Shown in pieces: positions 24,570 through 33,990 of a stretch of 64,000 bases of DNA. The translations under genes were made by a program, and so were the position numbers. This DNA is from Octopus sinensis (Eukaryota): positions 61,690,001-61,754,000 of the forward strand of contig NC_043009.1 in the NCBI RefSeq assembly GCF_006345805.1, in the 5' to 3' direction. The notes below the pieces were generated by a model. It searched no databases. It was not told the DNA's origin and worked only from the letters and a program-made list of their open reading frames with translations. How positions within the stretch are numbered: position 1 is the stretch's first letter; every line of letters begins with the position of its first letter.

Positions 24570-27017
24570 TAATAATAATAATAAAAATAATAATAATAAT
24601 AATGAGATAATAAAATGTGACAAACCTCTCATCTTTAATTATTCTCTTTTTATGTGGAGTAATGAAGTGTATTTCGCCAGATTCTTTCACGACCCCTTCA
24701 CTGGAGCTACTGGACAGGGAGTACGACTGTCGAGAAGCCCTTTCAGCTGACACAACAAACACAACAAAATCATCATGATCATCATCGTCATTATTATCAC
24801 CATCATCATCATCATAATTAACTACAACAACAACAACATTACCCAATTATTCAATCATTTCAGAAATTCACAGAACCATGAAATCTCTCCTTCCAACCCA
24901 ATTCAGAATACCACAAAAATTCTCTCAAGCATATCCAGCACCTGTAGATGTCCTGGTTTGCCATTGTGATTACACTGGTCTCACTAATCTACAAGATCAT
25001 TTAAAGATCATGGCTACTGTCCATGTTCCTCTTACTAGAATATGAAAATGGCATTTTAAGTAGGGTGAGATGGGAGGTGAAACCAGGTTGTGGCTATTAC
25101 TCCCAGGGAGCCTAACTCTGAGGTGTGGTTTAACTATGGAATTACAACCATGTTTCGTGGTCTGTTACCACACCAGCTCCTTTATAGGATCCAGTTAGCT
25201 CAAGACATCATCAGGAGGAACCACGTCCGGTTTCGGCCCCTACTCCTCTACCGTTTTGACATGGCGGGGCCCCCCCTTTCGGAGGTGTCTTCAGCTCTGG
25301 TGTTGGGTGCACGTCTTCTTTCTTCTGTTCCCTGGCCTCTTCGATGTATCATCAGCGAGTGTCAGCCGGTGACTGATTGACTTGTCAAATTGTTCCCTTT
25401 AAATACCTGCCTGCCACCAATAAACATTGGTGGCATGTTTATCTTCTTTATCTAGTTGTGGGGAAAGGTATACTGTCACACCTCTTAAGGCTAGGTGGAC
25501 CGTTCCTTTTGTGGAACCTACTTATATTTAAGTAGACTGGGCTGTTGATATTACTTTGGCCGGGAACAGTACAGTGACCTATACCACTTAGTGGTACCTA
25601 TACACAGCAAAGTCAATGAACTGTTGACAGCATCTTGGTTATGATCACAGTTCAGTGGACTATACTACACTGTTGTATCTACTTAAAGCAAAGCAGATTG
25701 CTGATAGTTAAGTATCTTGTTCACTGACACTGTAGAATGAACTATACTGTTGTGTGGTACAAATGGGTTGACTGATCAATTTGTAACTGAATATCTTGAT
25801 CATAAACATAGTACAGTTGACTTGGTCATGGATAAAATACAGTGAACTATACCACTCAGTGGTATCTACGTACAGCTAGGCAGACTGCAGATTGAACATC
25901 TAAGTGTGCTGAGTACAGTTGTCTTGGTTATGAACACAATACCATGAACTACATCACACTGCGGTACGTAACAAACTGGACTGTTGTCATTTAAATGTCA
26001 TGGTCGTGGACACAGTACAGTGAACTGCACCATATTGAGGTATCTACTTACAAGGTGGACTGGTCATTTGATGGCTCATTGTCATGTTCATGGACACAGT
26101 ACAGAGAATTATATCACTCAGTGCTACCTTCATGCAGGTAAATATACTGGGCAGTGTCTTGGTAATGGACACAGCAGAATGCAAACATTTGAACCAGTAG
26201 CATATCAGTTAGTTGTGTGATACCCTAACAATTTCTTGAAGAAACATCAACGAGGCAGCAACACTGAGATGAAGCAACAAGTACTGGTTACAAGCTAAAG
26301 CTGTAGGGGAAGAGAGCAAGTGTAGGACTCAAGTTGAAGATAATTTGTGAAAAGTTAAATTAGATGAGGAAACAATCAACATAAGAAATACCTATTTCTT
26401 TACAACCCACAAGGGGCTAAACACAGAGAGGACAAACAAGGACAGACAAACGGATTAAGTCGATTATATCGACCCCAGTGCGTAACTGGTACTTAATTTA
26501 TCGACCACGAAAGGATGAAAGGCAAAGTCGACCTCGGCGGAATTTGAACTCAGAACGTATCGGCAGACGAAATACGGCTACGCATTTCGCCCAGCGTGCT
26601 AACGTTTCTGCCAACTCACTGCCTTGAACATAAGAAATACAATGATTCAGGATTAAGGCAATTGGAAGTATATATATATATATATATATATATTCATTCA
26701 ACACATTTCAGAGTGGGAAGACAATTCTATGAACCATGGGCTGTATCCTAGTCTTTTTTTCTTTATTCTTGTCAAACATATAAGTAAAGCATTCTAAAGA
26801 AAATTAATTCTGCTAAAATCTTCAAGGATGCTTCTCAGCAAAAACAAGTTGGAATTATAAAATTTTCTCTGTGTGTTTTATCAAAGAATTCTTACCAAAT
26901 CTCTCTATACTCTCTTTGATACCCTTCATACTAGGAATGGCAGCTGTGGCTTCGGTAGTAAAAGACAGAATCTTCCTCTTCAACAACTTCTCTGAATCTC
27001 CAGAATAAGAACTGGCT
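522..27017 (-). CDS. Cables: Cables (CDK5 and ABL1 enzyme substrate) orthologue, partial multi-exon gene (10 exons found; 5' and 3' exons not found in window)
   Basis: Ten GT-AG exons with matching phases join into one open frame: ...[10 protein letters not shown]...[14 protein letters not shown]...[67 protein letters not shown]...[21 protein letters not shown]. This matches remembered Cables motifs (YDPNLLDDP, VIDYVKPSDLKKDMNETF, LTLSKIRSLKREM, VAMAFVYFEKL). Confidence 0.93.
690..1390. repeat. Degenerate ~32-bp minisatellite (core aaatcttcagttaaaac), interrupted by a MITE
   Basis: Recurrent aaatcttcagttaaaac-like cores on both sides of 852-1113. Confidence 0.6.
852..1113. mobile_element. 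hAT (Charlie-like) MITE
   Basis: TIRs cagtggttctcaac / gttgaaaaccactg; related copy in opposite orientation at 39770-40272. Confidence 0.7.
1416..1810 (+). mobile_element. CR1-clade LINE, 5'-truncated 3' end with (TTA)n tail
   Basis: Near-identical to ~22057-22460; encodes [10 protein letters not shown]...[21 protein letters not shown]. Confidence 0.85.
1825..1861 (-). CDS. Cables: Cables small exon, 37 nt, phase 2/0: (S)[12 protein letters not shown]
   Basis: Acceptor ttgtttattttacag, donor gtaagt; bridges the frame between the flanking exons; resembles SLKREMRKLA. Confidence 0.9.
1996..2128. mobile_element. Short hAT-like MITE
   Basis: TIRs cagtggtgtagcta / tagctatgctactg; related element at ~47931-48068. 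Confidence 0.5.
2205..2782 (-). mobile_element. Two copies of SINE family A (tRNA-derived)
   Basis: Share the family core gaccccgaaaggatgaaaggcaaagtcgacc...tttgaactcagaa; another copy at 1-120. Confidence 0.8.
3110..3216 (-). CDS. Cables: Cables exon, 107 nt, phase 0/2: [35 protein letters not shown](S)
   Basis: Acceptor tccttttgcacag, donor gtgaga; most conserved Cables block. Confidence 0.95.
3255..3800. repeat. (GAT)n and (CAAT)n microsatellites and degenerate CAACCA/ATCA-rich tract
   Basis: Direct inspection. Confidence 0.7.
4160..4713. mobile_element. Tc1/mariner non-autonomous element with a nested SINE (family B, ~4229-4540)
   Basis: TIRs agggtgttcaaaaagtct / agactttttgaacaccct flanked by TA; the internal SINE ends in (GAT)n. 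Confidence 0.75.
5130..5600. repeat. Degenerate TGTGT/TGATA pentamer-based low-complexity tract
   Basis: Direct inspection; similar tracts at 5800-6200 and 13740-14640. Confidence 0.6.
5654..5754 (-). CDS. Cables: Cables exon, 101 nt, phase 1/0: (V)[33 protein letters not shown]
   Basis: Acceptor tatcttcatcag, donor gtaagt; carries the YxPxLLDDP...FPSY motif. Confidence 0.92.
6214..6501 (+). mobile_element. tRNA-derived SINE (family D), full length with 12-bp TSD
   Basis: A-box-like tggcccagtggttagg and B-box-like ggtttcgattccc; TSD attatactatag at 6202-6213 and 6502-6513. Elements with related heads at ~23435-23765(-), 31770-32010(-), 36020-36290(+) and 39825-40050(+). Confidence 0.8.
6610..6980. 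repeat. Degenerate ~26-bp minisatellite (ggtatagaatggattatagtatggca), roughly 14 units
   Basis: Periodic tagaatggattata cores. Confidence 0.7.
7195..7632 (+). mobile_element. Older, diverged CR1 3' fragment
   Basis: Similar to 21960-22440 (ccctgggcatgga, catgactttcggaaac, gcacctgagca). Confidence 0.7.
7654..7873. mobile_element. piggyBac-type MITE, 220 bp
   Basis: TTAA target duplications and ccctttc...aaaggg termini; second copy at 15353-15572. Confidence 0.85.
8795..10280 (-). mobile_element. Cluster of about six head-to-tail SINE family A copies, partly separated by (AAT)n tracts
   Basis: Repeated caaggcc...gaaaggatgaaaggcaaagt...gaactcag cores at ~8800, 9280, 9470, 9710, 9930 and 10170. 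Confidence 0.8.
9055..9270 (+). mobile_element. Probable R4/Dong-like non-LTR 3' end with an inverted 5' duplication (hairpin)
   Basis: Encodes [15 protein letters not shown], similar to R4/Dong C-termini; embedded in (TAA)n; inverted arms 9055-9108 and 9129-9181. Confidence 0.5.
10846..11027 (+). mobile_element. SINE family B (probably RTE-related tail, ends in (GAT)n)
   Basis: Core gttggcgttaggaagggcatccagctgtagaaac...ggacgttaaacgatgatgat. Other copies at ~11560-11776(+), 12243-12580(-), 23115-23275(-), 23860-24003(-), 29240-29430(+), 30720-31045(-), 41340-41598(+), 44965-45180(-) and 58985-59310(+). Confidence 0.8.
11030..12060 (-). mobile_element. Highly degraded Tc1-like transposase remnant interrupted by a SINE
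   Basis: Minus-strand peptide [15 protein letters not shown]...[12 protein letters not shown] resembles the second HTH region of Tc1 transposases; many stops and frameshifts. Confidence 0.4.
13398..13469 (-). CDS. Cables: Cables exon, 72 nt, phase 1/1: (G)[23 protein letters not shown]
   Basis: Acceptor tttttctaacccatttag with ctaac branch-like motif, donor gtaaga; open frame and compatible phases; poorly conserved linker. Confidence 0.8.
14152..14320. mobile_element. hAT-type MITE with 8-bp TSD
   Basis: cagtgccatcttaa...ttaagacaaccctg termini; flanks gtggcgca / gtggcaca. Confidence 0.65.
14660..14880. mobile_element. Mariner-type MITE, ~220 bp
   Basis: TIRs tgaggggggtgctgaaaacttcctggcttt / aaagccaggaacttttcagtattccctca with TA on both sides. 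Confidence 0.85.
15353..15572. mobile_element. piggyBac-type MITE, second copy
   Basis: TTAA flanks; highly similar to 7654-7873. Confidence 0.85.
15600..16445. repeat. Degenerate ~31-bp minisatellite (tattgtagagatatcactagctgtactacca) split by a SINE
   Basis: Periodic gtagagatatcacta cores at 15600-15790 and 16145-16445. Confidence 0.65.
15795..16147 (-). mobile_element. tRNA-derived SINE family C
   Basis: Minus-strand head ggctgcgtggtaagaagcttgcttcccaaccatatggttccaggttcagtccc followed by accttgggcaagtg. Copies at ~45380-45750, 58505-58790 and 62465-62914 (all -), and 39215-39530(+). Confidence 0.8.
16900..17330 (-). mobile_element. Degraded RTE-like LINE C-terminal fragment
   Basis: Minus-strand LQYGAETWT, then [16 protein letters not shown] (degenerate WLGHxxRMxxxRxP) and a [10 protein letters not shown]-like segment. 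Confidence 0.55.
18245..18365 (-). CDS. Cables: Cables exon, 121 nt, phase 0/1: [40 protein letters not shown]
   Basis: Acceptor ttttctttcatgtgttattgcag, donor gttagt; VSYSRFLVP resembles vertebrate VSYTQFLLP. Confidence 0.88.
19200..20085 (-). mobile_element. Degraded LINE reverse-transcriptase fragments
   Basis: [21 protein letters not shown] (RT QxGFR-like) and FAYLGTLVT (RT YLG motif) on the minus strand. Confidence 0.45.
20657..20777 (-). CDS. Cables: Cables exon, 121 nt, phase 2/0: [40 protein letters not shown]
   Basis: Acceptor ttgttttgcag, donor gtaagc; open frame and compatible phases. Confidence 0.87.
20991..21145 (-). mobile_element. hAT transposase C-terminal (dimerisation domain) remnant
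   Basis: [41 protein letters not shown]; inverted homolog of 21519-21672. Confidence 0.6.
21497..22661 (+). mobile_element. hAT-derived non-autonomous element interrupted by a CR1 insertion
   Basis: Left part carries the dimerisation-domain remnant ([21 protein letters not shown]); the element appears to resume after the CR1 tail at 22461 and ends ...ggggcaccaaaatc...ttaattcagccttg. Confidence 0.55.
21684..22460 (+). mobile_element. CR1-clade LINE, 5'-truncated: RT C-terminus, 3' UTR and (TTA)n tail
   Basis: [45 protein letters not shown] and RKHFFMLRV are CR1 hallmarks; the frame is still open, suggesting a young insertion. Confidence 0.92.
22870..22953 (-). CDS. Cables: Cables exon, 84 nt, phase 2/2: (R)[27 protein letters not shown](K)
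   Basis: Acceptor ttttcattgtag, donor gtaagt; FSVIPY resembles the Cables FSVLPY motif. Confidence 0.9.
24626..24746 (-). CDS. Cables: Cables exon, 121 nt, phase 1/2: (A)[39 protein letters not shown](R)
   Basis: Acceptor gtttgttgtgtcag, donor gtttgt; unique open sequence between microsatellites with compatible phases. Confidence 0.8.
25555..26190. repeat. Degenerate ~75-85-bp tandem repeat (tcttggtcatggacacagtacagtgaactataccactcagtggtatctac...), about 8 units
   Basis: Recurrent cagtacagtgaactat and tcttggtcatg cores. Confidence 0.7.
26392..26626 (-). mobile_element. Young full-length SINE family A with 14-bp TSD
   Basis: TSD aacataagaaatac at 26378-26391 and 26627-26640; minus-strand B-box gagttcaaattcc; near-identical copy at ~31297-31520. 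Confidence 0.9.
26896..27017 (-). CDS. Cables: Cables exon, 122 nt, phase 2/1: [40 protein letters not shown]
   Basis: Strong acceptor ctttctctccattttctatag, donor gtaaga; open frame, phase compatible with the next exon. Confidence 0.78.
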
Positions 27018-28189
27018 CTATAGAAAATGGAGAGAAAGTACAAACACAGGTTGTACAATTAGTATAAAAATATAATTACCAGTATGCAGAAAGTGACAGG
27101 TAAACTGAAATACATACGGATATCATAAACATATAAAGAACAGGAAGGTATTTTGCAAAGGATCCAATCTTAAATAAGAAATTCTGATCTCATTTTGAGA
27201 TATAAGACTTACAAGACATACCTATAATACAGTCTAAGTGTGGCTCCAAATGGACAATAGTTTAAAAAAAAATTTTTTTTAACATTTTTACAACATCTGG
27301 ATTCTCCAGCTTTCCACAGTAGAAACTTTAATGCTCTGAGATGATGAATTCTGAATTTGAATTTGTTTATGTCTATATCAGGGTATATAGGAATTTTATG
27401 TACAAATATGCATGTACAGTGAATGCTACTTGAGTGTATGCCTGTAGGTGTCTATATTTACATTCATGTACAGGTATACATGCCCATGCATATGATTGAT
27501 TGATTCTAGTTTCAGCTCACGAGCTGTGGCCATGCTGGGGCACCGCCATATGTATGGAATGAGAGTGTGTATTTATGAGTACTTGCATATGTTTAAAAAC
27601 AGATCTCTGAAAATATATCCTTCATAAATTGCATTAATTTACAAACTTTTTCAATTCATTATAATCAATTATTATTGATTTAAAATTAGGTATCCACTTA
27701 TTGTAAATTATTCATTCAGTGATCCACTTATTTATCTATAATTGCATATTGATCATACTAGTAAGCATTGTACCTGTTTTTTAATATCAATTATAAAGCA
27801 GTTTTGTGAATGTGTGCTTTACTTAACATGAAATGACATTGATTCATTACAGTGTCTACCTCTAATTCTTTGATGCTATATTTCATGGAGAAAATATTTC
27901 ACCTGTAATAAATCAAATTCACTCTAAATGCTGGAATCACAAAGAAATATCCTGAAATAATTAAAATGCACTCACAGATTCAAAATGTTCAATTTCAGAC
28001 AAGCTACTGAATTAGCAAAAGCAAAATTTCTTTACTAAAACATTAAATCTGTAAAATGCTACAATTTGCTCAACAGCTATCCTTAAATCATAAAATCTTC
28101 TTTGGATATTTGGTCTCCTTGATCTTTGCTAGCACTGAGGCCAGTGGTTATTTTGCCTAATGCTCACTGCACTGTAGAAGCCTTTGTGT

Positions 28190-28490
28190 TATGAAGCTGA
28201 AGTGAAGTCTTTAGGATTGAACAATGCATTCAGTATAAAGCACTACATCAGAAGGATGGAAGGACCATTCAAGAAAAGTATACACAACTATACTGCATCA
28301 TTCAGAAACTTTGAAAAGTAGAGCATAACTACACTGGAGATTGAGAGAAGGCCACAGGCTATGATATGAAATGGGAGTTATTGGAGAAATGCAAGTCACC
28401 CTTCTATGGCAGAAAAAGATGTATATTCTATTTAGCAGAAAAGAGATGGATACTTCAGAACTGTCTCATGACAGTGCCAAATCATATATG
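28190..28490 (+). mobile_element. Degraded Penelope-like GIY-YIG endonuclease fragment
   Basis: YIRRMEGPFKKSIHNYTASFRN...YDMKWELLEKCKSPFYGRKRCIFYLAEKRWIL resembles the PLE endonuclease C-terminus. Confidence 0.55.
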
Positions 28491-29829
28491 TTTAAATCTT
28501 GTTTACATAAACATTTTAGAATACTTGTTCAAACTGCCTTAGAGGAATAAAACCTTCAATGCCTCTCACTCTCTCTCTCCCTACACTTACAATATTCTGA
28601 GCTTTTTAAACTAGATTTCCAAACCGACCTTTATTATAGCAAGGGAAATAACTCTTCAATTCTTGATCATGAATTACCACAGAGAATTCAGCTCTTAATG
28701 ACTTCAAATTTTGACACAAGGCCAGTTAATTTTAAGAGCGAGTTAGTTGATTACATCAAACCTAAAAGGCAGCATTTACACTGAGAACATAAAAAGCCAG
28801 AAGAAATGCTGCCAGGCATTATGCCTAACATGCTAACCGTTCTGTCAGCACAACTAAGAATGAGAAAATTTTCTTGATAAACATTATTTTTTACTTCTCT
28901 GAAAGGCTTTGCACACAAGTCTTCTGCAATAGCAGCAATTTCAGACCCATAAATTATCCGTCTGATGATTATCAGGCATCACTTTTACATGAAACTTGGA
29001 GTCACAGACATTGTTAGAATGATTGTTATTAAATTATACATGCATGTGTGTATAGACACAAATACATATCTCTGCCTTTTGTTCATCTTAATCTTGTTCC
29101 TTAAATCTTCCACCCATTCTGGTTCTTTTGATGCCATTGCCTTCTCTCCCTCCCGGATACCGATTTCTGGTCCCATTCTTTCCTCTGCTGTTCACATTAT
29201 AAAGTGGTTGTTTGTATGAACAGAGAAGGTTTAGCATTATGAGAAAGTGCATCCAGTACACTCAGTAAAGTGGTTGGCATCAGAAAGGGCATCTGATTGT
29301 AGGAACTGAGCCAGATGACATGTATGAGTATCTGGGCTTTGAGAACAATAACTCCCAATGGAAAAGTGACTCAGACTGCTATGACTCATCCCACAATGGA
29401 GAGTCAACATGAAACAATAAGGATGACACACACAAATGTGTGTGTGTGCATGCATGGGTGTGTGTATATACATATTCTTTTCCTTGCTATATTGACCTTA
29501 CAGCTTGCCAGCTGTTTCAATAAACTGTCACAATATCTTCACTGTAGGAGATTAGACGAGACCCTCAAGTGATTGTGGTAACATGCTGAAACAGTTGGTG
29601 TTTCCTTGTTCTGATGTCTCTAACCTAATTCTTGCTAAATGCCAGGATAAAAATTAACATTTTACATAAATCTTCCTGTAGTAGATTTTTTTTTTATGGA
29701 TTATTGTCTTTTCAAGGAGATTTTCAGTAGACAAGGCATGGCACACACATCATGCTGAATATAAAAATACCACTCTAGAGCACGTACAACATTTGTTGAG
29801 ATCTTATGATTGAAAGAACTGTATCAGAG

Positions 29830-30090
29830 TCCCCCCTCTCTCTATATATATATGCACACACAGATACACACATACATCTGTGTGTGTGTGTATATAAATA
29901 TATATATATACACACACACAGATACATATGCATCAATGTGTGTGTATATACACACACACACACACAGATACATATGCGTCTATGTGTGTGTGCATATACA
30001 CACACACAGATATATATGCATCTATGTGTGTGTGCATACACACACACATGGATACACACATGCATGTGTGTGTGTGTGTATATATAAATA
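29830..30090. repeat. Compound (TA)/(CA)/(TG) microsatellite
   Basis: Direct inspection. Confidence 0.85.
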
Positions 30091-31059
30091 ATTGAGGGCA
30101 TCAGAGTTATAGTGTGAAGCAGAATAATTTAATCTTTGACTTGTCATAGATAACATGACAACAAACAGCGATCTGCACATAAACAGTGCAATCACAGGTG
30201 ACAGATGACTAAAAGGTTAATTTCTATGGAGTCCTCCTGAGGCCAACCGCAACAACAGCTGATACTGACCTCATTACCACTGAGACTATACTTAAGGTAT
30301 GTGGCTTGAAGAGAAACTAAGACTTTTGAAGTTTTGTGGTCCGCAATAACCCAAGCCTTTGTAACTTCGGGAAACCAGGCGACCCACCTGATTATCTACT
30401 ACTCAGATGAGCACAAATATGAGGCCCATATAGAATTCATACATACTAGGAAGCAGAATAGGGAGTGATTGTTGTAAATAGTAAATTTTCTTTGATGGTG
30501 ATTAGTGACATTTGAGTAAGAGCTAGATGGACCTTGGGACACATCACAGGTTAGACAAAGAAGGTATAGTAACTGAAAGGTCTCTCAGACAGGTATAGAT
30601 TCATTAGGAGAAGAGTGAGACTGAGACCTCTAACATACAAGAAAATAGGGAGTTTCTATAAGACAACTTGCTACAAGCCACAGACCTGGTCTGTAAATGA
30701 ATCAAAGCATCAGCCAGATCATCGTCGTCGTCGTTGTCGTTATCATCATCATCATCATCATCATTTAATGTCTGCTTTCCATGCTAGCATGGGTTGGACG
30801 ATTTGACTGAAGACTGGTGAACCAGATGGCTGCACCAGGCCCCAATCTTGATCTGGCGGAATTTCTACAGCTGGATGCCCTTCCTAATGCCAACCACTCC
30901 GAGAGTGTAGTGGGTGCTTTTACGTGCCACTGGCACGTGGGCCAGTCAGGCGGTACTGGCAACAGCCATGCTCAAATGGTGTTTTTTATGTGCCACCTGC
31001 ACAGGAGCCAGTCCAGTGGCACTGGCAACGACCTCGCTCGAATGCGTTTATATAGTATT

Positions 31060-33850
31060 GTATGATAAACAGATGAAGGTATAAAGAGCGAGAAACGTTC
31101 TTGGAAAGAATAGCAGAAAGTGGATAGCAAGGAACAATATCAGACTTCATGAAGAAAAGATTGACACCAAGTATACTTTGCCAGGAGAGAAACAGAAAAT
31201 AAGAGCTTTGTCAATGTTTTAGGATATGAAGATTGTAAAGCAACATATCATTATGAAACAGAAAACCGTCGGTGAATAAAAGCTCCATCATTATATATTT
31301 CTTTACTACCCACAAGGGGCTAAACATAGAGGGGACAAACAAGGATAGACATAGGTATTAAGTCAATTACATCAACCCCAGTGCGTAACTGGTACTTAAT
31401 TCATCGACCCCGAAAGGATGAAAGGCAAAGTCGACCTCGGCGGAATTTGAACTCAGAACGTAACGGCAGACGAAATACAGCTACACATTTCGCCCGGCGT
31501 GCTAAAGATTCTGCCAGCTTATAGTGGTGCAATCACCTTCACTGATGCTAAAATAAAAAGGAATCATGGGAATGCTACTACAAGAGGTTACTGAATGAGG
31601 AGAATGCATGGGAAAGAGAGGGCCTATGTTAGCCAAAAAGAGGAACCAGCAATTGAAATTGATCCCTAAAAATATAGTTGAAATTAGACGTTAAAGATAG
31701 AGAAAGCCATCATGGCTAGCCTCAGAGATATTGAAAATATCTATAACATATAAGATAAAGATCCTACTTGAGTCATATAGATTCACAGGACTGGTTTCCC
31801 AGTTTCTGTGGTGTATATATTTTTTGCGCCTTGATGGGATGCTGGTCTATTGCAGGAAATACTCATTTTTGTCAGCTGAATGGACTGGAGCAATGTGAAA
31901 TGAAATGCTTTGCTCAAGAACAATGCATTGGCTGATCCAGGAATTGAAACCACAATCTTATGATCATGAGTCCAACACCCTAACCACCAAGCCATGCACC
32001 TCCACACTGAAAATATCTAGTGAAGACTTATGTTGTTCATTTGCATAGATGGTAAAGCAGTACAGGAAGGAGCGACTCCTAATCACAAACATAACAATAT
32101 CACCATCAACAGCTACAAGGGTAAAATTAAAATATTAGGAAGAAATAAGTACAGAGATATCAAACTAATTAGGAAGAAAAATGAACTGAGATGAAATGCA
32201 GATCAGATTTATGCCAGGGTGGTGTGCCCTGTGCCACTGTTGCTCTTTCCTTAGTGAGACAACAAGAGCAAGTTCAAAATAAATAGCGACACATACTTAG
32301 CATTCGTAAACCTAGAGAAGACACTTCATAGAGTACCACACCATCTTCTAGTTGTTGCTAAGGAAACTGGCTGAAGATGAATGGCTTATGAGGGCTATTC
32401 AAACCAGGTACAGGTATACTGTGATGTATTTAGTGATGTATTCAGTGAAGAATGTATCGTTGCAAGCAGGTGTCCATCATGTCGCTATTCTCAGACCACT
32501 TTTGTTTATTAGAGTTCTCCAGGCCATGACAGAAGAATGTAAGACCAGTTGTCTGTGAGAACTTCTGTATGCTGATGACCTAGTTTTTCACAGTTAAATC
32601 TGCCCAAGAATTGGAGAAGAAATTTCATATGCAGAGGGAAAGCCTAGAAATGAAAGCTCTTAAAGTAAAGCTAGCAGAAGAAAGGAAAAAAAAAATTTAG
32701 TTAGCAAGAAAAAACAACATATGACTCTACAGCCATCTTGGAAATGACCATGCTCAATATGACAAAAAGATGAAGCCAGTAATCTTTATATATAAAAGTG
32801 AAGTTGTGTGTCTGTCTCCTACGATTTAGATTCCTAACTACTCCCACATTTTGCGGTGCAGTTTAACCAAAAGCGGGTATCTTATAGTCGTGATTCATAT
32901 TGAGCCCTTCTGGGTATTAGCGCGCATCTACGATGAGTCTATGATTTAAAAAAAAATTTACCATCATTTTTTTCCATTTTAATGCATTTTTCGCTATTAT
33001 ATAAGGGAAGTAACTCTCTAAAAATGTCTACGATGAGTCAACGATTTAAAAAAAAAAATTACCATCATTTTTTTCCCATTTTTAATGCATTTTTTTGCTA
33101 TTTTTTGGCTATAACTCTCTAAAAATGCTTATATAGTTATTTCCCTTACAAACCCGAGCAATGCCGGGCGATACTGCTAGTTTCATATAATGAACTAAAA
33201 TTAAACAACAAAATGTAGAAGAGATGCACTGGGATTATAGGTAGACTGACAAAGATGGATTTCCTATACAGCACATGCATAGGAATGGCTAAGGGGAAAG
33301 AGTAACCATAAAATAAATTTTTTGATTAGATTTTGATCAGAGTGCTCTAAAGATGTAGTTAATTGCTTCTGTTACCTAGATGATATAATTAGAAGCTGAG
33401 ACAGGTATACCAAAAACACAGTAGTCAAAATAAAAACAAGGAAAAAAAGTTCAGGGCAGACTGAATGATGCTTAGATGCAAAAAAGAATAGTTAACAATA
33501 AGTGTACTCATAAATTAAATTTTTTTGAAAGCTTACAGTGTTCTGTACTAAAATAGTTAATAGCTTCTGTTATCTAGATGACATAATTACTGTTATCTAG
33601 ATAACATAATTACTCTAGACACAGAAAGCATAGTAGTTAGAATAAGAGCAAAGAGAAAAAGTTAAGCCAGCTATTACCTCTACAGGCAACAAAAGTGAAG
33701 GACAGAGTGTAAGATGATTATGTACGAACTACAATAGTGTATGGTCGTGAAACAGGGACACCGACTTCTAAGGATGAGTGAAAGTTGGAAAGAAAGTTAC
33801 TATGTGAAACTGGATGTGTAAATGACAGCATGCATGAATGATAGCACATA
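31060..33850 (+). mobile_element. Degraded RTE-clade LINE ORF2 with nested SINEs and a Helitron
   Basis: AFVNLEKTLHRVP, GVHHVAILRPLLFIRVLQAMTEECKTSCL*ELLYADDLV and FCYLDDII RT motifs with stops and frameshifts. Confidence 0.75.
32783..33180 (+). mobile_element. Non-autonomous Helitron, 398 bp
   Basis: 5' TC, 3' CTAG, inserted between A and T, no TSD, subterminal hairpin cccgagc aat gccggg; internal ~100-bp direct duplication. Confidence 0.85.
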
Positions 33851-33859
33851 AATCATCCA

Positions 33860-33874
33860 ATAATAATAATAATG

Positions 33875-33909
<35 letters not shown>

Positions 33910-33933
33910 TAATTCTTTTTATTGGCCACAAGG

Positions 33934-33990
<57 letters not shown>
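33860..33990. repeat. (AAT)n microsatellites
   Basis: Direct inspection. Confidence 0.9.

Noticed and set aside
28985-29190. MGPEIGIREGEKAMASKEPEWVEDLRNK as a Cables exon
   Set aside because: No suitable donor; it looks more like a decayed R4/Dong-type retroelement fragment.
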